From Octopus sinensis (lineage: Eukaryota), in the NCBI RefSeq assembly GCF_006345805.1, contig NC_042998.1, forward strand, positions 91,822,001 to 91,886,000: a stretch of 64,000 nucleotides of DNA, in the 5' to 3' direction. The number at the start of each line of letters is the position of its first letter. The first letter of the stretch is position 1. This document shows positions 38,633 to 51,940 of the stretch, in pieces. The translations under genes and the position numbers were made by a program. The notes under the pieces were generated by a model, which was not told the DNA's origin, did no database searches, and saw nothing but the letters and a program-made list of their open reading frames with translations.

Positions 38633-39320
38633 GTATGTATGTAAACCTGTTTGTTTTTATGTATGCATCTTTTGCTTACATTGTTAGTGGCTATATGTGC
38701 AAGACTATGATATACTCTTTTTTACATATCTCTTATTCAATGCAGTATTTCCATGTAAGTCAACTATATACGTAAAATATCTGGATTTTTTAATGCTTTT
38801 TTTCAATATATTGAGTTTTAAAATATGTTCAGCATGTTTCTGTTTTGTCAGTTTTTGAATATTTATTCAGCTTATCCTTTTGAAAATTCTTTTTTTTCTT
38901 TTTTTTTTCAAACCTTGAAGCATGAATTATATTTTTCCTTTCAAATATTCTTAATTTGCATCTCTTTAGGATGTGTTATTATTATTTTTCTCATGAACAT
39001 CATTCTGCTAATGATCTAAAAGCATGTTACTTTAATGTAAATTTTACTACTCCATTAAATCACTATCCTGCACAAAATTTGGTATATTGTTGGTTTTTTT
39101 TAAACAACAATATTAAACTTTACCTGTCAAATGTTGTTTGCATATTTATTTAATTAAAACACATTTTTAAATAGGAAAATTTATCTTCTTAACACATTAA
39201 ATCAAACAGTTGAACCATATACATTCTAATAATATTTCCTGGAAGAAACTCCTTGTGTTATCTCAGCTTAGCCTTAATCATTATTTTTTTTTCAGGAAAC
39301 ATGCACATAAACGCCTGCCA

Positions 39321-39321
<1 letters not shown>

Positions 39322-39373
<52 letters not shown>

Positions 39374-39423
39374 ATATATTTTTCTGTATACATACATACA
39401 TACATACATACATGCATAGATAC

Positions 39424-39454
<31 letters not shown>

Positions 39455-39460
39455 CATATA

Positions 39461-39500
<40 letters not shown>

Positions 39501-39560
39501 TATACATACATGTACATACACACATAAGTGCATACACACACACATATATATATGTATGTG
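39322..39560. repeat. (CT)n + (CATA)n/(TA)n compound microsatellite
   Basis: Directly visible. Confidence 0.95.
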
Positions 39561-39708
39561 TGTATGTATATGCACATATATAAATACATTCATGATCTTT
39601 CATCACTCTGAAAGAACACATGAGGAATTTGAACTTTGAGTTGATTTATGCAATAATATTGCATAGATTAAATTTATTTATCAATGTAATGTGTTTTTTA
39701 CCCAACAG

Positions 39709-40014
39709 GAGTTCCACTTGCTCCTTCAAAATGCCCTGAAGTAATTAGGTTTGGAGAAAGCTCAATTAAAATGTCATGGGATGTTCCATTGGATGATGGT
39801 GGATTTTCGATCATTGGTTATCAAATAGAGAAAACTGAAAGGGCAGGCAACTTCTGGACAATAGTAAATGAAGTTCCAGTGACAGATACCAAATATATCG
39901 TTGAGAACTTGCAAGAGAACTCAACCTATCACTTTCGAGTAAGGGCTATTAATTCTGTAGGATTAAGTGACCCTTCACCATCAACGCTTTTGATACTTTT
40001 CAAGATAAAAGAAG
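39709..40014 (+). CDS. Fn3 domain exon
   Basis: caacag|GA...G|gtatat, 306 nt, phase 1-1. VPLAPSKCPEV...SWDVPLDDGGFSIIGYQIEK...YHFRVRAINSVGLSDPS. Confidence 0.96.
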
Positions 40015-40144
40015 GTATATTACTTTATATTGATTTATCTTTGAAATTTGATACTACTGGAACAATTTTTATTAGTGTTTATGAGTGTGTGGTTCTATAT
40101 TCTGTAAATGATATTATTGTCATAGAAATAACCTTATATTCCAG

Positions 40145-40256
40145 TCAGTGAGCCACCTTATTTCAAGGATGAAATCCAAGACATTTGTGTGGAATGGGGA
40201 AAATCAGCTGAGTTTTCTTGTGAAGTGGTTGGTATTCCTACTCCAAATATAACATG
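40145..40256 (+). CDS. Ig domain, first half
   Basis: ttccag|TC...TG|gtaaga. SEPPYFKDEIQDICVEWGKSAEFSCEVVGIPTPNIT(W); phase 1-2. Confidence 0.95.
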
Positions 40257-41435
40257 GTAAGATTTCTCTGACTCATATAAATCTTTCCTTCTTTTTTAAA
40301 AAGCTGAAGTATAGCAAACTTTTATTCTTAATACTAAGAATTAAATCTGAAACTGTTGCATATGCATAAATATGTTTACCTATATGTATTCATAATGTAA
40401 AGCAACTGCATGAAAATATCATTGACATATGTTTCTCTGAGACATAATACTACAGAAACAGTAGAACATCCCCATCTATAAAAGAAATGTTCAGCTGGAA
40501 GTGTTACTGGTATAGTATATAACTATACAACTATACTTTCAAACATTGATAGATCATTCTTAATAAAGGAAAACTCTGATGGTTAGAATGTGTTACATAT
40601 ATGTATGCTTGTGTGAGAACTTGTGGGATTTTTTCGATGTAAATTGATGTATTAAGTCCTTGTAGACAAAAGGAATGGGAGTAAAACTTAACCAATCCTC
40701 CAATAAAGGCTGAGAAATGCTACATTGAAATATGTTCTAGGATCAGTATGATTGACTAAAAGCTGTTGTTGCTTGAGAGAAGAGCTTTCTCCTTTATCAC
40801 TTTATTATTATATTTCCCTGGATAATTCATAAATATCCACTCACATGTATTAAATGATAAAGTGGTAACAGGAGAGGGAGAAAGTGTGAGAAGGAAGAGA
40901 GACAGAGACAAGATGTAAGAAGGAAAAAGAAAGAAGAGAATGGGTGAAAATTAATGAAAAATACTGGAAATTGCAGAAAGGTTGAGGGGAGATATTAGTG
41001 AGAAAAAGTGAGAAGAAATTAAATCCATTATGTATAATGACATATAAAGTTGGTCCATGGAGTATGTTGAGCAAAGAACATACTGGAGAATGATAGGGAA
41101 TACGAGGAGAGTGTCTGTGCCTGAGTATAAATTTTCTTTTGCATATGCAAATGTTGAAGATCTCTTTCCCAGCATTGCAATATTGAGATAGAAACTTGGT
41201 TGTGATTTTTTCCATTAAAAATTCTGTTATCTTGCATCTCAAGCTGATAACATGGAAACCAATAAGAAAACAAACTCTATGCAATAGAATTCTACATTTC
41301 ATTAAGATTTTGAAGAATGCAGAATTCCATAATGTGAAAGATGCCTGTGTATATATCTATATATGAATATGCAAAGTTCTTAACATGATGCTTGTCAAGA
41401 TTTCAAATTATAAGTCCACTATTTCTTCTCTAAAG

Positions 41436-41608
41436 GTACAAGAGCTGTTGTCAAATCTTCAATGGGCGCAAACATAAGATTGACACTGTTGGAAATGAAC
41501 AATTGTTGACCATAAACAATGTGGATTATGATGATTCTGGAGATATAGAATGCCGAGCAAAGAACAAAGTGGGATCTGCTTGTAGCAAAGGAAAATTAGA
41601 TGTTTATG
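41436..41608 (+). CDS. Ig domain, second half
   Basis: ctaaag|G...G|gtaaga. (W)YKSCCQIFNGRKHKI...DDSGDIECRAKNKVGSACSKGKLDVY; phase 2-1. Confidence 0.95.
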
Positions 41609-42299
41609 GTAAGAGAAGTTTATTAATAATATTTTTTTTAATGTAAATTTTTTCTTTTCTTTAACATTTACCAAAGTAAGGTTACAAAGATTATGAAAAG
41701 ACCTTATTTTAAAAGTTATGCTTTGCTGAGTCAAGGGTTGGAAGGGCCAAAAAAGTATTTATGCTTTTTTGTGATTATAATGCACTAAAAACAATTAGCA
41801 AAGGCAGCTTGGTATATGTTGTCAAATTATACTTGTTTGCAAGTCATGGTTATGTTTAATATGTACATGCATATATACATATACACATATACATACACAT
41901 CACATGTGTACATGTACACATAATCTTGAACTAGATAGTACAATTTTATTTCATCTCAGCAAGATATTTATTTTTTTGAAATCACTCACTGCACAACAAC
42001 TCAACATATAGCCAGTGCTATGATTTTATGCCTCTGTGAATAATAAAATAGGAAGAATGGAATTCAAATGTACAACATAAAAAGTATAGAATATTTATCA
42101 TAAGTTGCTTATATAGTATGCATATATATGCATGTGTGCATGCATGTATGTGTATGTGCGTGTGTCTTTAACTGATATTCGTTGAAATCATAAGTCCTTC
42201 TGTAATTATTTACTATAATTATGAAACATTAGTTAATAATGAAATTTCTTGTTTCTTTTTCTTCCTTTTGTTTTCAAAAATATCAACTCTATTTTATAG

Positions 42300-42587
42300 C
42301 CCCTGCCAAAGTCAAACTCTCTGATTATTACAAGAAAGGACTAAGATATTTTGAAGGAGACACAATGAAAATTAGCATCCAATTCTTTGGTAAACCTCGG
42401 CCTGTTATTCTTTGGTCTAAAGATGGCAAAACAATCAAGAACAATCGGCATACTTGTATTAGAAATCTAGAAAAATATACAACTCTCGTGGTACAAAAAG
42501 TTTCGAAAGCTGATGCCGGGGTTTATCATTTATATGTCAATAATCTTCATGGAAATGATTCTGTTGATATTCCTATCACAATTATTG
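42300..42587 (+). CDS. Ig domain exon (titin A169-like)
   Basis: ttatag|CC...G|gtaagt, 288 nt. PAKVKL...GDTMKISIQFFGKPRPVILWSKDG...DAGVYHLYVNNLHGND. Confidence 0.96.
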
Positions 42588-43040
42588 GTAAGTTTAATTT
42601 ATTCATGATAGTAAATAGAAAAGAGCAACAGGTCTACTGAGAGTAACCTTGTCGTTTGCTATGTTGTAGATATGTTTTGCATTCCATCAGTGGGATCTTA
42701 TATAATTTATGAGTGGTTATATGGAGTGCTTAAACCAGAATTCCGCCAAAACATTAACAGCTTCTTTATCTGTAACCTTTTACTTGTTTCCATCATGCTG
42801 GGGCACTACCTCGAAGAGTTTAGTTGAAAAAATTGCCCCTGGTATTGATTTTTATGTCTGGTAATTATCATTGAAATATTTTAATTACCAAGGCAAAAAA
42901 TTACCCCAAGTCCTTTATATGAAGTTGGGACTCCCATAAGCTTTAATGCACAAAAAGCTTTTTAATATATATATATATATATACATGTGTGTGTGTGTGT
43001 GCGCGTGCGTGCGTGTGTATATATATATAAACATATATAA

Positions 43041-43375
43041 TGAAGGTGCATGGCTCGGTGGTTAAAATGTCAGGCTTACAATCATGAGGTAGTGAGTTCA
43101 ATTCCCAGTCTGGGTTGTGTATTGTGTTCTTGAGCAAGACACTTTATTTTATGTTACTCCAGTTCATTTAGCTGTAGAAATGAATTGCGATGTCACTGAT
43201 GCCATGCTATATTGGCCTTTGCCTTTCCCTTGGATAACATCGGTGGTGTGGAGAAGGGAGGTTGGTATGCATGGGTGACTGCTGGTCTTCCATAAACAAC
43301 TTTGCTCAGACTTGTGCCACAGAGGGTTATTTTCAAGGTACTATCCCATAGCCATTCATGACCGAAGAGGTTTTC
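43041..43375 (+). mobile_element. tRNA-derived SINE (second family)
   Basis: tggctcggtggttaaa A-box, gagttcaattccc B-box, ttgtgttcttgagcaagacact core. Confidence 0.8.
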
Positions 43376-43695
43376 TCCTTCTCTCATATACATGGCTTAC
43401 AAAATTCATTTGCAAGGCATTAGTGGGGCTGTAGCAGAAGACTTACCCATGATGCCATGCTGTGGGCCTGAACTGGAAACCATGTGGTTGGAAAGTTAGC
43501 TTCTTAGCCACACTGTCATGCCTATGGTAATGTAATTTCTAATAGTGTAACAGAATATATTTGAAACAAAAATAATCTTTCTTTTGTTTTTGCAGTAAAC
43601 TGAATATTTTTCTTCTGATTTTTCAATCACAAATATTTAGTTTTTTAAGAAAATAGACTATATTAATTATTTTCATTATTATGTTGATAACACAG

Positions 43696-44010
43696 GAAAA
43701 CCAAAAACTCCTGGGAAACCAACTGTTACTAATGTAACAAACCATTCAATTGAGATTTGCTGGCCAGAATCAACCATTGAAACTTCGACTAATGGCTATA
43801 TTATAGAGAAATGTGACTTAGTAACAGGAATATGGAGGTATGCAATGTCAACAAATACTTGTCAGGCAACAATAAATTATTCTGAAAGAAATAAGAAATA
43901 CAAATTTCGTGTCCGTGCTGAAAATGCATTGGGTGTTAGTGAACCAAGCAAACATTGTGAAATTCTTATTAAGGAAGAAGTTAAGGAAAAAACCAGCTCT
44001 GACGAATTAT
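43696..44010 (+). CDS. Fn3 domain (titin A170-like) plus start of the pre-kinase linker
   Basis: acacag|GA...T|gtaagt, 315 nt. KPKTPGKPTVTNVTNHSIEICWP...GYIIEK...YKFRVRAENALGVSEPS. Confidence 0.96.
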
Positions 44011-44958
44011 GTAAGTAATTTGGCAGTTTTTAATTTTCAAGTGTTTAACTAAAACATCATCCTTTTTATATTTCCCTCTCTACATATTTTTGATCTACAT
44101 CACTTTAAATCATAGGTCCAAGAGTGATTGATCTCTAAAAGGTTAAATGGGTTTGTGTTTGATTCTGCTGTGCACCACCTGAGACAATTGTTTTCTATCA
44201 AAGACTAGTTTCTATCAAAGAGTGAAGTTTACCGATGGAAAAGTTGTGGAAGCCTATCATAGAAAATGTTCCTGTTTAGTAGTTGTAGACTTAAGCTACC
44301 ATCATGTGGTTTAACATCCCCATTTAACCCAGCAAAGCCTTTTTTTTTCAGTCAAAGTTCCTGGTCTGGTAAATTCATAAGGGCCATTGCCCTTCCTCTG
44401 CTGACAAAGCCTTAAAAATTAAAGTTTTAAATTTTAAAAATTATGTTTTATGAAGAATTTTAAATGGGAGTGTACAAAGTAAAATGATTTCTTAGATTTG
44501 GTAGTAAACTTGAGCTGAAAATGGTAAAAAGATCAGCATATGATAATGGAGTTCTCTAAATGGAAGGCTCAAATAATTGAGCTGCAGCAGCCCTCCACCC
44601 ATGTCTGTCTTGTGCCAGTCTACAAAGTTTTGTAAAACTAGCTTCCTTGATTTTATTGCTAATCTGGTTTTATGTCATCCTCTTGTTCTTTTGTCATATG
44701 CCGTACCTGCTAACAAGAACTTGTCAAGGTTTTACCTTCTAAGTATATAGTCATTGGAGCTCTAATTTCTTTTCATGGTAATATTTAACAATCTTTCCAG
44801 GCACTTTATCTTGCAAAGGACCCACTCATTAGTTCTTTTATTCATCCAGCTTATTTTGAGAATGTGTCTACAGCACCATTGTTCAAATGCTTCAATTTGA
44901 TAATGAGGTTAAATAGATTATATCTTATGAACTGCTGTTAATATTAAAGTCTGGTGAA

Positions 44959-45146
44959 AGGTAACACGCTGGCAGAATTGTAAGCACTCCAGGCAAAATG
45001 CTTTATGGCATTTTATCCGTCCTTGCATTCAAATTCCACTGAGGTCAACTTTGCCTTTCATCTTTTGGGGTCACAAAATAAGTATCAGTTGAACAACTAC
45101 CCTTCCCCAAAAATTATTGTTCTTGTGCCAAAATTTGAAACCAATA
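44959..45146 (+). mobile_element. SINE (gcctttcatc-core family)
   Basis: gctggcagaattgtaagcac...ttcaaattccactgaggtcaactttgcctttcatc...ttgtgccaaaatttgaaacc. Confidence 0.75.
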
Positions 45147-45787
45147 ACAAAAATCAGGTGTAGTATAGATTCTAATCTTTTACTAGTTTTGTTTGAGTTT
45201 TTTACTTTCTTTTTTTTGGTTGAAGAGATTTCATTTCCTTAAACCTTATTCAACATCTGTGTTCTAAGTTGGCATGGATTGGATGGTTTGACAGGATCCA
45301 GTAGGTCCAAGAACAGCATTGTACTTCAGTATCTGCTTTAGTGTGATTTCTACAGCTGGATGCCTTTCCTAATGCTAACTACTTTACAGTGTGTATTGAG
45401 TGCTTTTTTATGTCACTGACACAAATGATGTCAGCATGCAACTTGCATGGCAATGATTTCCAAGGTGGTGGTGGTAGATGGGGTGGCTTTATGCTAGGGT
45501 ACAAGGACTTCAAGTATAAGAGGCTGGTGCAGCACTGGTTCTTGTAAAAGTAGCTAGATGGTTACTCACATCTAGGAGAGAAGGTATGAATGACCTGCAA
45601 TGGGATAAATAATGAGGATGAGGTGTCCAGGTGTCCTGTCAAGGTGAGCAGAAATGAATGAATGACTTCACAAAGGAAAAAATATGAAACATTTCGATTT
45701 CTTATTTCTTCTCCCTTAAAATATTCTAATTTCTTAATGACTTGTTTAATTATTTCATTCATATTCTTTACCAGCATATTTTTAGCT

Positions 45788-46010
45788 TTAACCCTTTTGT
45801 ATTTAAACCCACCATATCTGGCCAAAATACTCTACCAGTTTTATCTTTAAGCCAACCAGATTTGGCCTCTCATACACTCCCTGTAATGTTATTCTAAAAA
45901 TAAACAATCATATCATCACGATCTCTAAACTATGAGATAGTGCATGATCAATTCAAAATAATATGAATAAATAAGCATTTGACAGAGTAATCTGAATGCT
46001 AAAGAGTTAA
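45788..46010. mobile_element. TTAA-flanked piggyBac-type MITE
   Basis: ttaaccctttt...ctaaagagttaa; collinear with 59555-59781. Confidence 0.85.
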
Positions 46011-46396
46011 GCTGTGATTCCTGCAACTTATTATGGTTACATGTTTGGAAGTTAAACCTTACTAATATACTTGAGTATAACTTGATACTTTTTAAAAACC
46101 ATTTTTAAACATATGATTAATAGGTGGGGGAACTTTTTACTTTAAAAACTAAAACTAAAACTAAAAATGTTGGGCCTTTGTGCAACACCTGCAAATTTAA
46201 GTTGTGTTCACTCCACTTCCCACCCCAATTATGCATTAAGAAAATTAGTCTGAAAATGTTGATATATACACAGATGTGTATGGCAATAGGGAAAGTGTGG
46301 TTTATGGCATTTAACATAGTTTGGTATTTCTATGAGTGTCATTTTTCTCTTGTTTTATAGTCAGGCAATCCATTGTTTACATTTGTTTTATTTTAG

Positions 46397-46487
46397 ATGA
46401 TTCAAATAAGGAAGATAAATCACTCGACACTGATAGAATCATAGGTGGTGTCCTCAGTAAATATATTATTTACGAAGAATTGGGTCG
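46397..46487 (+). CDS. Linker and kinase start exon
   Basis: ttttag|AT...CG|gtaagt. DSNKEDKSLDTDRIIGGVLSKYIIYEELG(R); phase 1-2. Confidence 0.93.
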
Positions 46488-47172
46488 GTAAGTGCCATTT
46501 TGGTCTTAATTTTTTGCATGTCAGCTTTGATTTGTCTGTATATTTATGTTTTTTATTCAGTTGTAGAAGTGGAAGACACTTCCAGCCTAGTGAGATCAAT
46601 GTTGATAGAAAAAGATTCTATTGGTTTACAGTTCTGAGAATGACCGATTGGAAATGTGCTTAGTGTGTGCTTTGCCTTTCAGGCACACTAGAAATGGTGA
46701 GATATGTGTATTGAGGGGACCTTGGCAGTATAGGTATGTAACCTACTAGCTGAGAGGAGCAGAAGGTATTATAAGAGAAGTAAAAAGGACAGACTGAAAA
46801 AGTAATGTGTCTCTGGATTAGAAATTGGTGTATGTTGAAGTAGAAAAGGGTTAACAAAAAAATAGTGTGTCTGTGGTAGTGTGTTGAGGTAGAGGAGAGA
46901 ACAATGAAATAATATATCTCTGTAGTAGTGGTTGTAGTGTGATGTTATTTTAATGGACTGAGTGGCATTTTGGAGGAGCAATATTGTTTTGGATGTTTCT
47001 GTTTATAGCATAGCACCATTTCAGTATTCTAATGTTAGTTCCAACTGAGCTAACAAGTGTTGATAGATTTTTACATCTATAACATTTTGTTAGGGATTTG
47101 AGGTCAAGCATTTGCAGAAATTGACTGTTTCTAAGAAGTGTTTTTCATGGATAAGGAAGGTGTAGCACAAGC

Positions 47173-47394
47173 CTCTTTACTCTTTTACTTGTTTCAGTCA
47201 TTTGACTGTGGCCATGTTGGAGCACCAGCTTTAGTCAAGCAAGTCGACCCTAGGACTTATTCTTTGTAAGCTTGGTACTTATCCTATCAGTCTCTTTTGT
47301 CAAAGTGCTAAGTTACGGGTATGTAAACACACCAATATCGGTTTTCAACCAATGTTGGGAGAACAAACACAGGCACACAAACATATGCACGCAC

Positions 47395-47438
<44 letters not shown>

Positions 47439-47595
47439 GACAGGCTTCTTTCGGTTCTCTCTACCAAATCCACTCACAAGGCTTTGGTTGGCCCAAGGCT
47501 ATAGTAGAAGACATTTGCCCAAGGTACCATGCAGTGGGAATGAACCCGGAACCATGTGGTTGTTAAGCAAGCTACTTACCACACAGCCACTCCTG
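47173..47595 (-). mobile_element. Well-preserved SINE (family of 57020)
   Basis: The reverse complement matches 57020-57475 end to end, including the internal (TA)n. Confidence 0.92.
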
Positions 47596-48735
47596 TTTAT
47601 TTTAGATATTTTAATGATTGTATATAGGTGCTTTTAAAGGTGGATTGTTTGTCATATCTCCCATATAATACATATTTCAAGGCTTGTATATTAATGGAAG
47701 ACATATAGAAGTGGTATGGGATGTTTAGGTTGCATAAAGCTGAGGCTAGTGTGCAGAAAGTTAAGAAGGACTGAAAAGGAATCATCTGCATAGGAATGTG
47801 TTGGATTAAAAATAGCAAGTAGATCAGAAAGATCTCTGTTGGTATATGTTGATCAATCTAATATGCAAAACACCTGATCAAGTGATGATAGACTGAGCAA
47901 GTTCATTGGCAGACAACTATGAGGTTCTTCTGATAGATAAAGCTAAATATTTTACTTTCATAAAGTTTCTCAAGGACACCCTCAAGGTGAGAGAGTTATA
48001 TTGGTTGTCACTAAAGAGGTTGAACTTTTCATGATGAGGAAGATGGTGGCTTATAATGTTTTTGATGATGAAGAAGATGGTGGTTTATGTTTTTATAGCC
48101 TCTCAGTAGTTGGAAATAATTAATGAATCATAGTGTCTGCTTCCTTGAGCATTAATCACTTTGTTGTTTCCATAGACTAGATATATCTCCACAGATATTG
48201 GTTGGAGTGATCAGATAAATTTCTCTTCTTAAGAGAGAACATATCAAGCATCAAGCATGACCATTAAGATTTTCCAATGTGATGGAAAGATTTTATTCCT
48301 TGTGAGATAATCCCAAATTCTACCCTGAGAACCAATAACAAAGTCATTATCCTCTGCTTTTCTTCAGTCACTTGTGTTAACATAACTAGTCTTATTTGAA
48401 AATTTGTACTTCTATTGTAGACATACTATGATGTAATGAATATAATCTAAAATAAATGATTTTAATTCAGATGATAATTAATATCATATCTAATTTACTT
48501 TTTTAAAGGTGGTGAGTTGCAGAATCATTAGAGTGTCAAATAAAATGGCATTTCTTCTGATGCTTTATGCTCTGAATTAAAATTTTTTTGAGGCTGACTT
48601 TGCCTTTCATCCTTTCCTAAAATGATAAAAAATACCAATCAAATATTAGGGTTGATGGTATAATTAACCCCATCCCCCAAATTTCAGGCCTTTTGCTAAT
48701 ATTAGAAAGAATTTTTAATTTACTTTTAATTTCAG

Positions 48736-48936
48736 CGGTGCCTTTGGAGTTGTGCATCGAGCAGTTGAGAGAGCTACTGGTAAAGTTTGGGCAGCAAAAT
48801 TCATAAAGTGTAGGCCACATGAGAAAGAAGCCGTTGAACATGAGATTTATATCATGAATTGCTTGCATCATCGCAAACTTTTGCAGCTTCATGAAGCTTT
48901 TGAGCAACCTGGAGAGATTGTCATGATTCTTGAATT
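48736..48936 (+). CDS. Kinase subdomains I-V
   Basis: ttcag|C...TT|gtaagt. GAFGVVHRAVERATGKVWAAKFIK...EHEIYIMNCLHHRKLLQLHEAFE...ILE(F); phase 2-2. Confidence 0.97.
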
Positions 48937-50243
48937 GTAAGTATTTTTAATAATACTTATTAAAACCTATATTTTGTTTCTTGTCTCTTAGTTTTTAATA
49001 ATTGAATTTTGTAAGTTTTAAGGCCTTCATAAGTTTTTAAATCTTTAATGCAAAGAAGAAATTTTAAAAGTTAATTTTTCAAGTGGCAAGCTAGTAGGAA
49101 AGAAGCAAACACATACACTGTAAATTTACTATAACTTCTTGTTTCTTTTTACCTGTGAATCCACCTCAGTTTTCATTGCACTAACTTATTGATCAACTCA
49201 CACCCATTTGCCTGTGAGCCAATTCAGCATGCTCAGGAGTTTGGCATATGATGGGCCAATAAAGTCATGTTCTGTGAGTGTTCATCCTCAGCTGGATAGA
49301 AACTGTGACATCAAATCAGGATAATAGACATTTACTGGATCTTGTAATTCAACAAGGCTGCAAAACTATGAATCTCTGCTAAATGCCACTTTTTTTATAT
49401 CTCAGTTATATGGCTCTTCTCTCTCTTTCCCCTGTATTTAAGGAATAACTGTAATAATCAAAAATCAATAGTTCTCTCACCCAGACAAGACAAAACATAA
49501 AACTCTGAGTGGTTAGTTGAAGTGTAAGAAACATCAGCCAAATTTCCTCAAACCCCACTTTACTGTCATAATACAGGAAAGATACATTAGATAATAATTC
49601 ATAGACTTCACACAGCACATTATTAAAACACTCTAGCAGATTCGAATATAAATATCTGATCACTGCTGCTTTTTTGTCATCAGAGAACATTTTCTCCCTT
49701 ATGAGCAATGTGTATTCATAACACATGAGATTCACCAGTATAATTGTACTTTAAGACAATGTGGTGTTTCAGCCTCATGTTGTGTCTCTTCAGTTGAAGT
49801 TACTTCAAACTGATGAATCTTACAAGGGCACAAACTCTTGTCTGTTGGAATCAACAAACAACTTATATGCTGAGGCATACAGTGGTTTGTCAAAAGATAT
49901 TTATGGTGTGCACATAGAGCAGTGAGAATCAAGTGATAATATGTCTATTCATTCTTAATACATTTATTCAGCAGTTACCAATATAACAGCTGATTTTTAA
50001 AATATATTACAAGCATTTCTAGAACCTTTTCCCTCTGTCATATTCTACTGCACTGAATATAAATTATTTGATTTTAGATTAACTACTTTGCATGCGAAGT
50101 GTCTTTCCATACTATATGTATTTCCTTCATATACTATTCCATAATTAATGTCTTTTATTATGCTGGTGCACTTCTCTGAAAAGAATTATTTTTGAATACT
50201 GAGAAGCAAATGATGAATTAATTGAATTTATTTTAATTTTCAG

Positions 50244-50385
50244 CCTCAGTGGCGGAGAACTCTTTGATCGCCTAATCTCAAATGACTACACATTCACAGA
50301 AGAAGACTGCATTAGTTACATGCGTCAGATCTGCCAAGGAGTCCAACACATGCATCACAAAAATATTATTCATCTTGATTTAAAA
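50244..50385 (+). CDS. Kinase subdomains V-VIb
   Basis: tttcag|C...AAA|gtaaga. LSGGELFDRL...YMRQICQGVQHMHHKNIIHLDLK; phase 2-0. Confidence 0.97.
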
Positions 50386-50480
50386 GTAAGACATTTTTAA
50401 CTTTAACTAGCTTTGTAGAAAGGATATTTACCCATCCAAACTAGAAGTTCCTCCTTTAAACTTTTTATTATTAGCAGTGG

Positions 50481-50696
50481 TAAGGCAGTAAGTTGACAGA
50501 ATCATTAGTATGTCAGACAAAATGCTTAGTAACATTTCTTCCAGTTTTACATTCTGAGTTCAAATTCTTCCAAGGTCAACCTATCTTTCATCCTTTCAGG
50601 GGGAATAAAATAAGTACCAGTTCAGCACTGGGGATAATGTCCACAAAATTACAGGCCTTGTGCCAAAATTAGGAAAAATTAGTAATATCATTATTA

Positions 50697-50739
<43 letters not shown>
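50481..50739 (+). mobile_element. SINE (gcctttcatc-core family) with long (ATT)n tail
   Basis: Family motifs as at 44959; runs into (att)n at 50678-50739. Confidence 0.8.
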
Positions 50740-51669
50740 CTTTTTTTTTTCCTCTTCTTTCAAATTTGCTTCCATTTCTTGCCGAGTGTCTTCCCGACTC
50801 CTAGGGCAAAGAAACTCATAGTATACATTGGTAGGCCATTAAACTAAACTCACTAGTTCGTTCAAATTTTTTTTTTTTAAAGTTAAATTAAAATACATGG
50901 GTAGTAATAGTTCTCACATCGACAATGCTCTTCTCAATACGTGTGATGTATCAGTTAAGACAATCTTTTGCACTTCTTGCAGGGATGGTAAGCCAGGGAT
51001 CATTCTCATATAATTTTCGGTTCCCTTCTTGATCATTCCTAGTGCTCTTACGATCACTGGTATTGTAACCGCCTTGAGATGCCACATTTTCTCAATTTCA
51101 ATGAGCAGGTCTTTATATTTTCTGAGCTTGTCAAACTCTTTCGCCGAGATATTATGATCACAGAGGATGCTCATGTCGATCAATAAGCAAACTTTATTGT
51201 TTTGGTCTTTCACAACAATATCCGGTTTATTGGCTTTGATGGTTCGGTCTGTATGTACTGGAAAGTCCCACAAAATCGTTACATTTTCTCCTTCAGTTAC
51301 AGCTTCAGGGTGGTGATTATACCACTTGTCGGCAGTTTTGATATTGTAATGCCGACTTATTAGCCAATGTAGATATTGGCCAACTCTGTCATGTCTTAAT
51401 TTATACTCCACTTTACATCCAGAGATTAGGTGGTCCACTGTTTCAATCATGTCGTTGCAGAATCGGCATTTTGGGTCTGCTCCATTTTTCATCACAATGG
51501 CCTGGTAGTTCCGGATTAATAGGCTTTGATCTTGAGCAGCCAGGATGAAACCTTCGCTCTCTGCTTTTAGCCCTGAGCTCCGTAGCCACTGATGGGTTTG
51601 CTTCTGGTCAACATCAGCTTGTTTGCTACGGGCCACATATTTGCTGTGCAGAGGTTTCTCCTCCCACCT
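50740..51669 (-). mobile_element. R4/Dong-like RLE retrotransposon 3' fragment 1 (intact 240-codon frame 50914-51636)
   Basis: CCHC knuckle CRFCNDMIETVDHLISGC, RHD, WDFPVHTD, KPDIVV...IDMS (restriction-like endonuclease); (TAA)n on both sides. Confidence 0.93.
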
Positions 51670-51711
51670 ATTATTATTATTATTATTATTATTATTGTTA
51701 TTATTATTATT

Positions 51712-51913
51712 TTGGTATGGCTCAGGTTCGGTCTTATTCCTGGTAGGATTTATGTGGGTAGCAGGTTACTACCTGTAACCTTATGTATTCACAAGTTTTC
51801 AGTAGTCTTTCAAGTGCTTGATATCCTTGATGTCCCTAAGAGATGAACTTTCTGTAGGAGCTCTACAGGGCATTCTATTCCAATCACATTTAGCCATTTA
51901 TCTATATCTTTGG
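51712..51913 (-). mobile_element. R4/Dong-like 3' fragment 2
   Basis: Minus frame KDIDKWLNVIGIECPVELLQKVHLLGTSRI; (TAA)n on both sides. Confidence 0.8.
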
Positions 51914-51940
51914 TTATTATTATTGTTATTATTATTATAA

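Noticed and set aside
43041-43110. tRNA gene candidates at SINE heads (also 36170 and 57020)
   Set aside because: A/B boxes are present but there is no full cloverleaf, and each runs into a SINE body.
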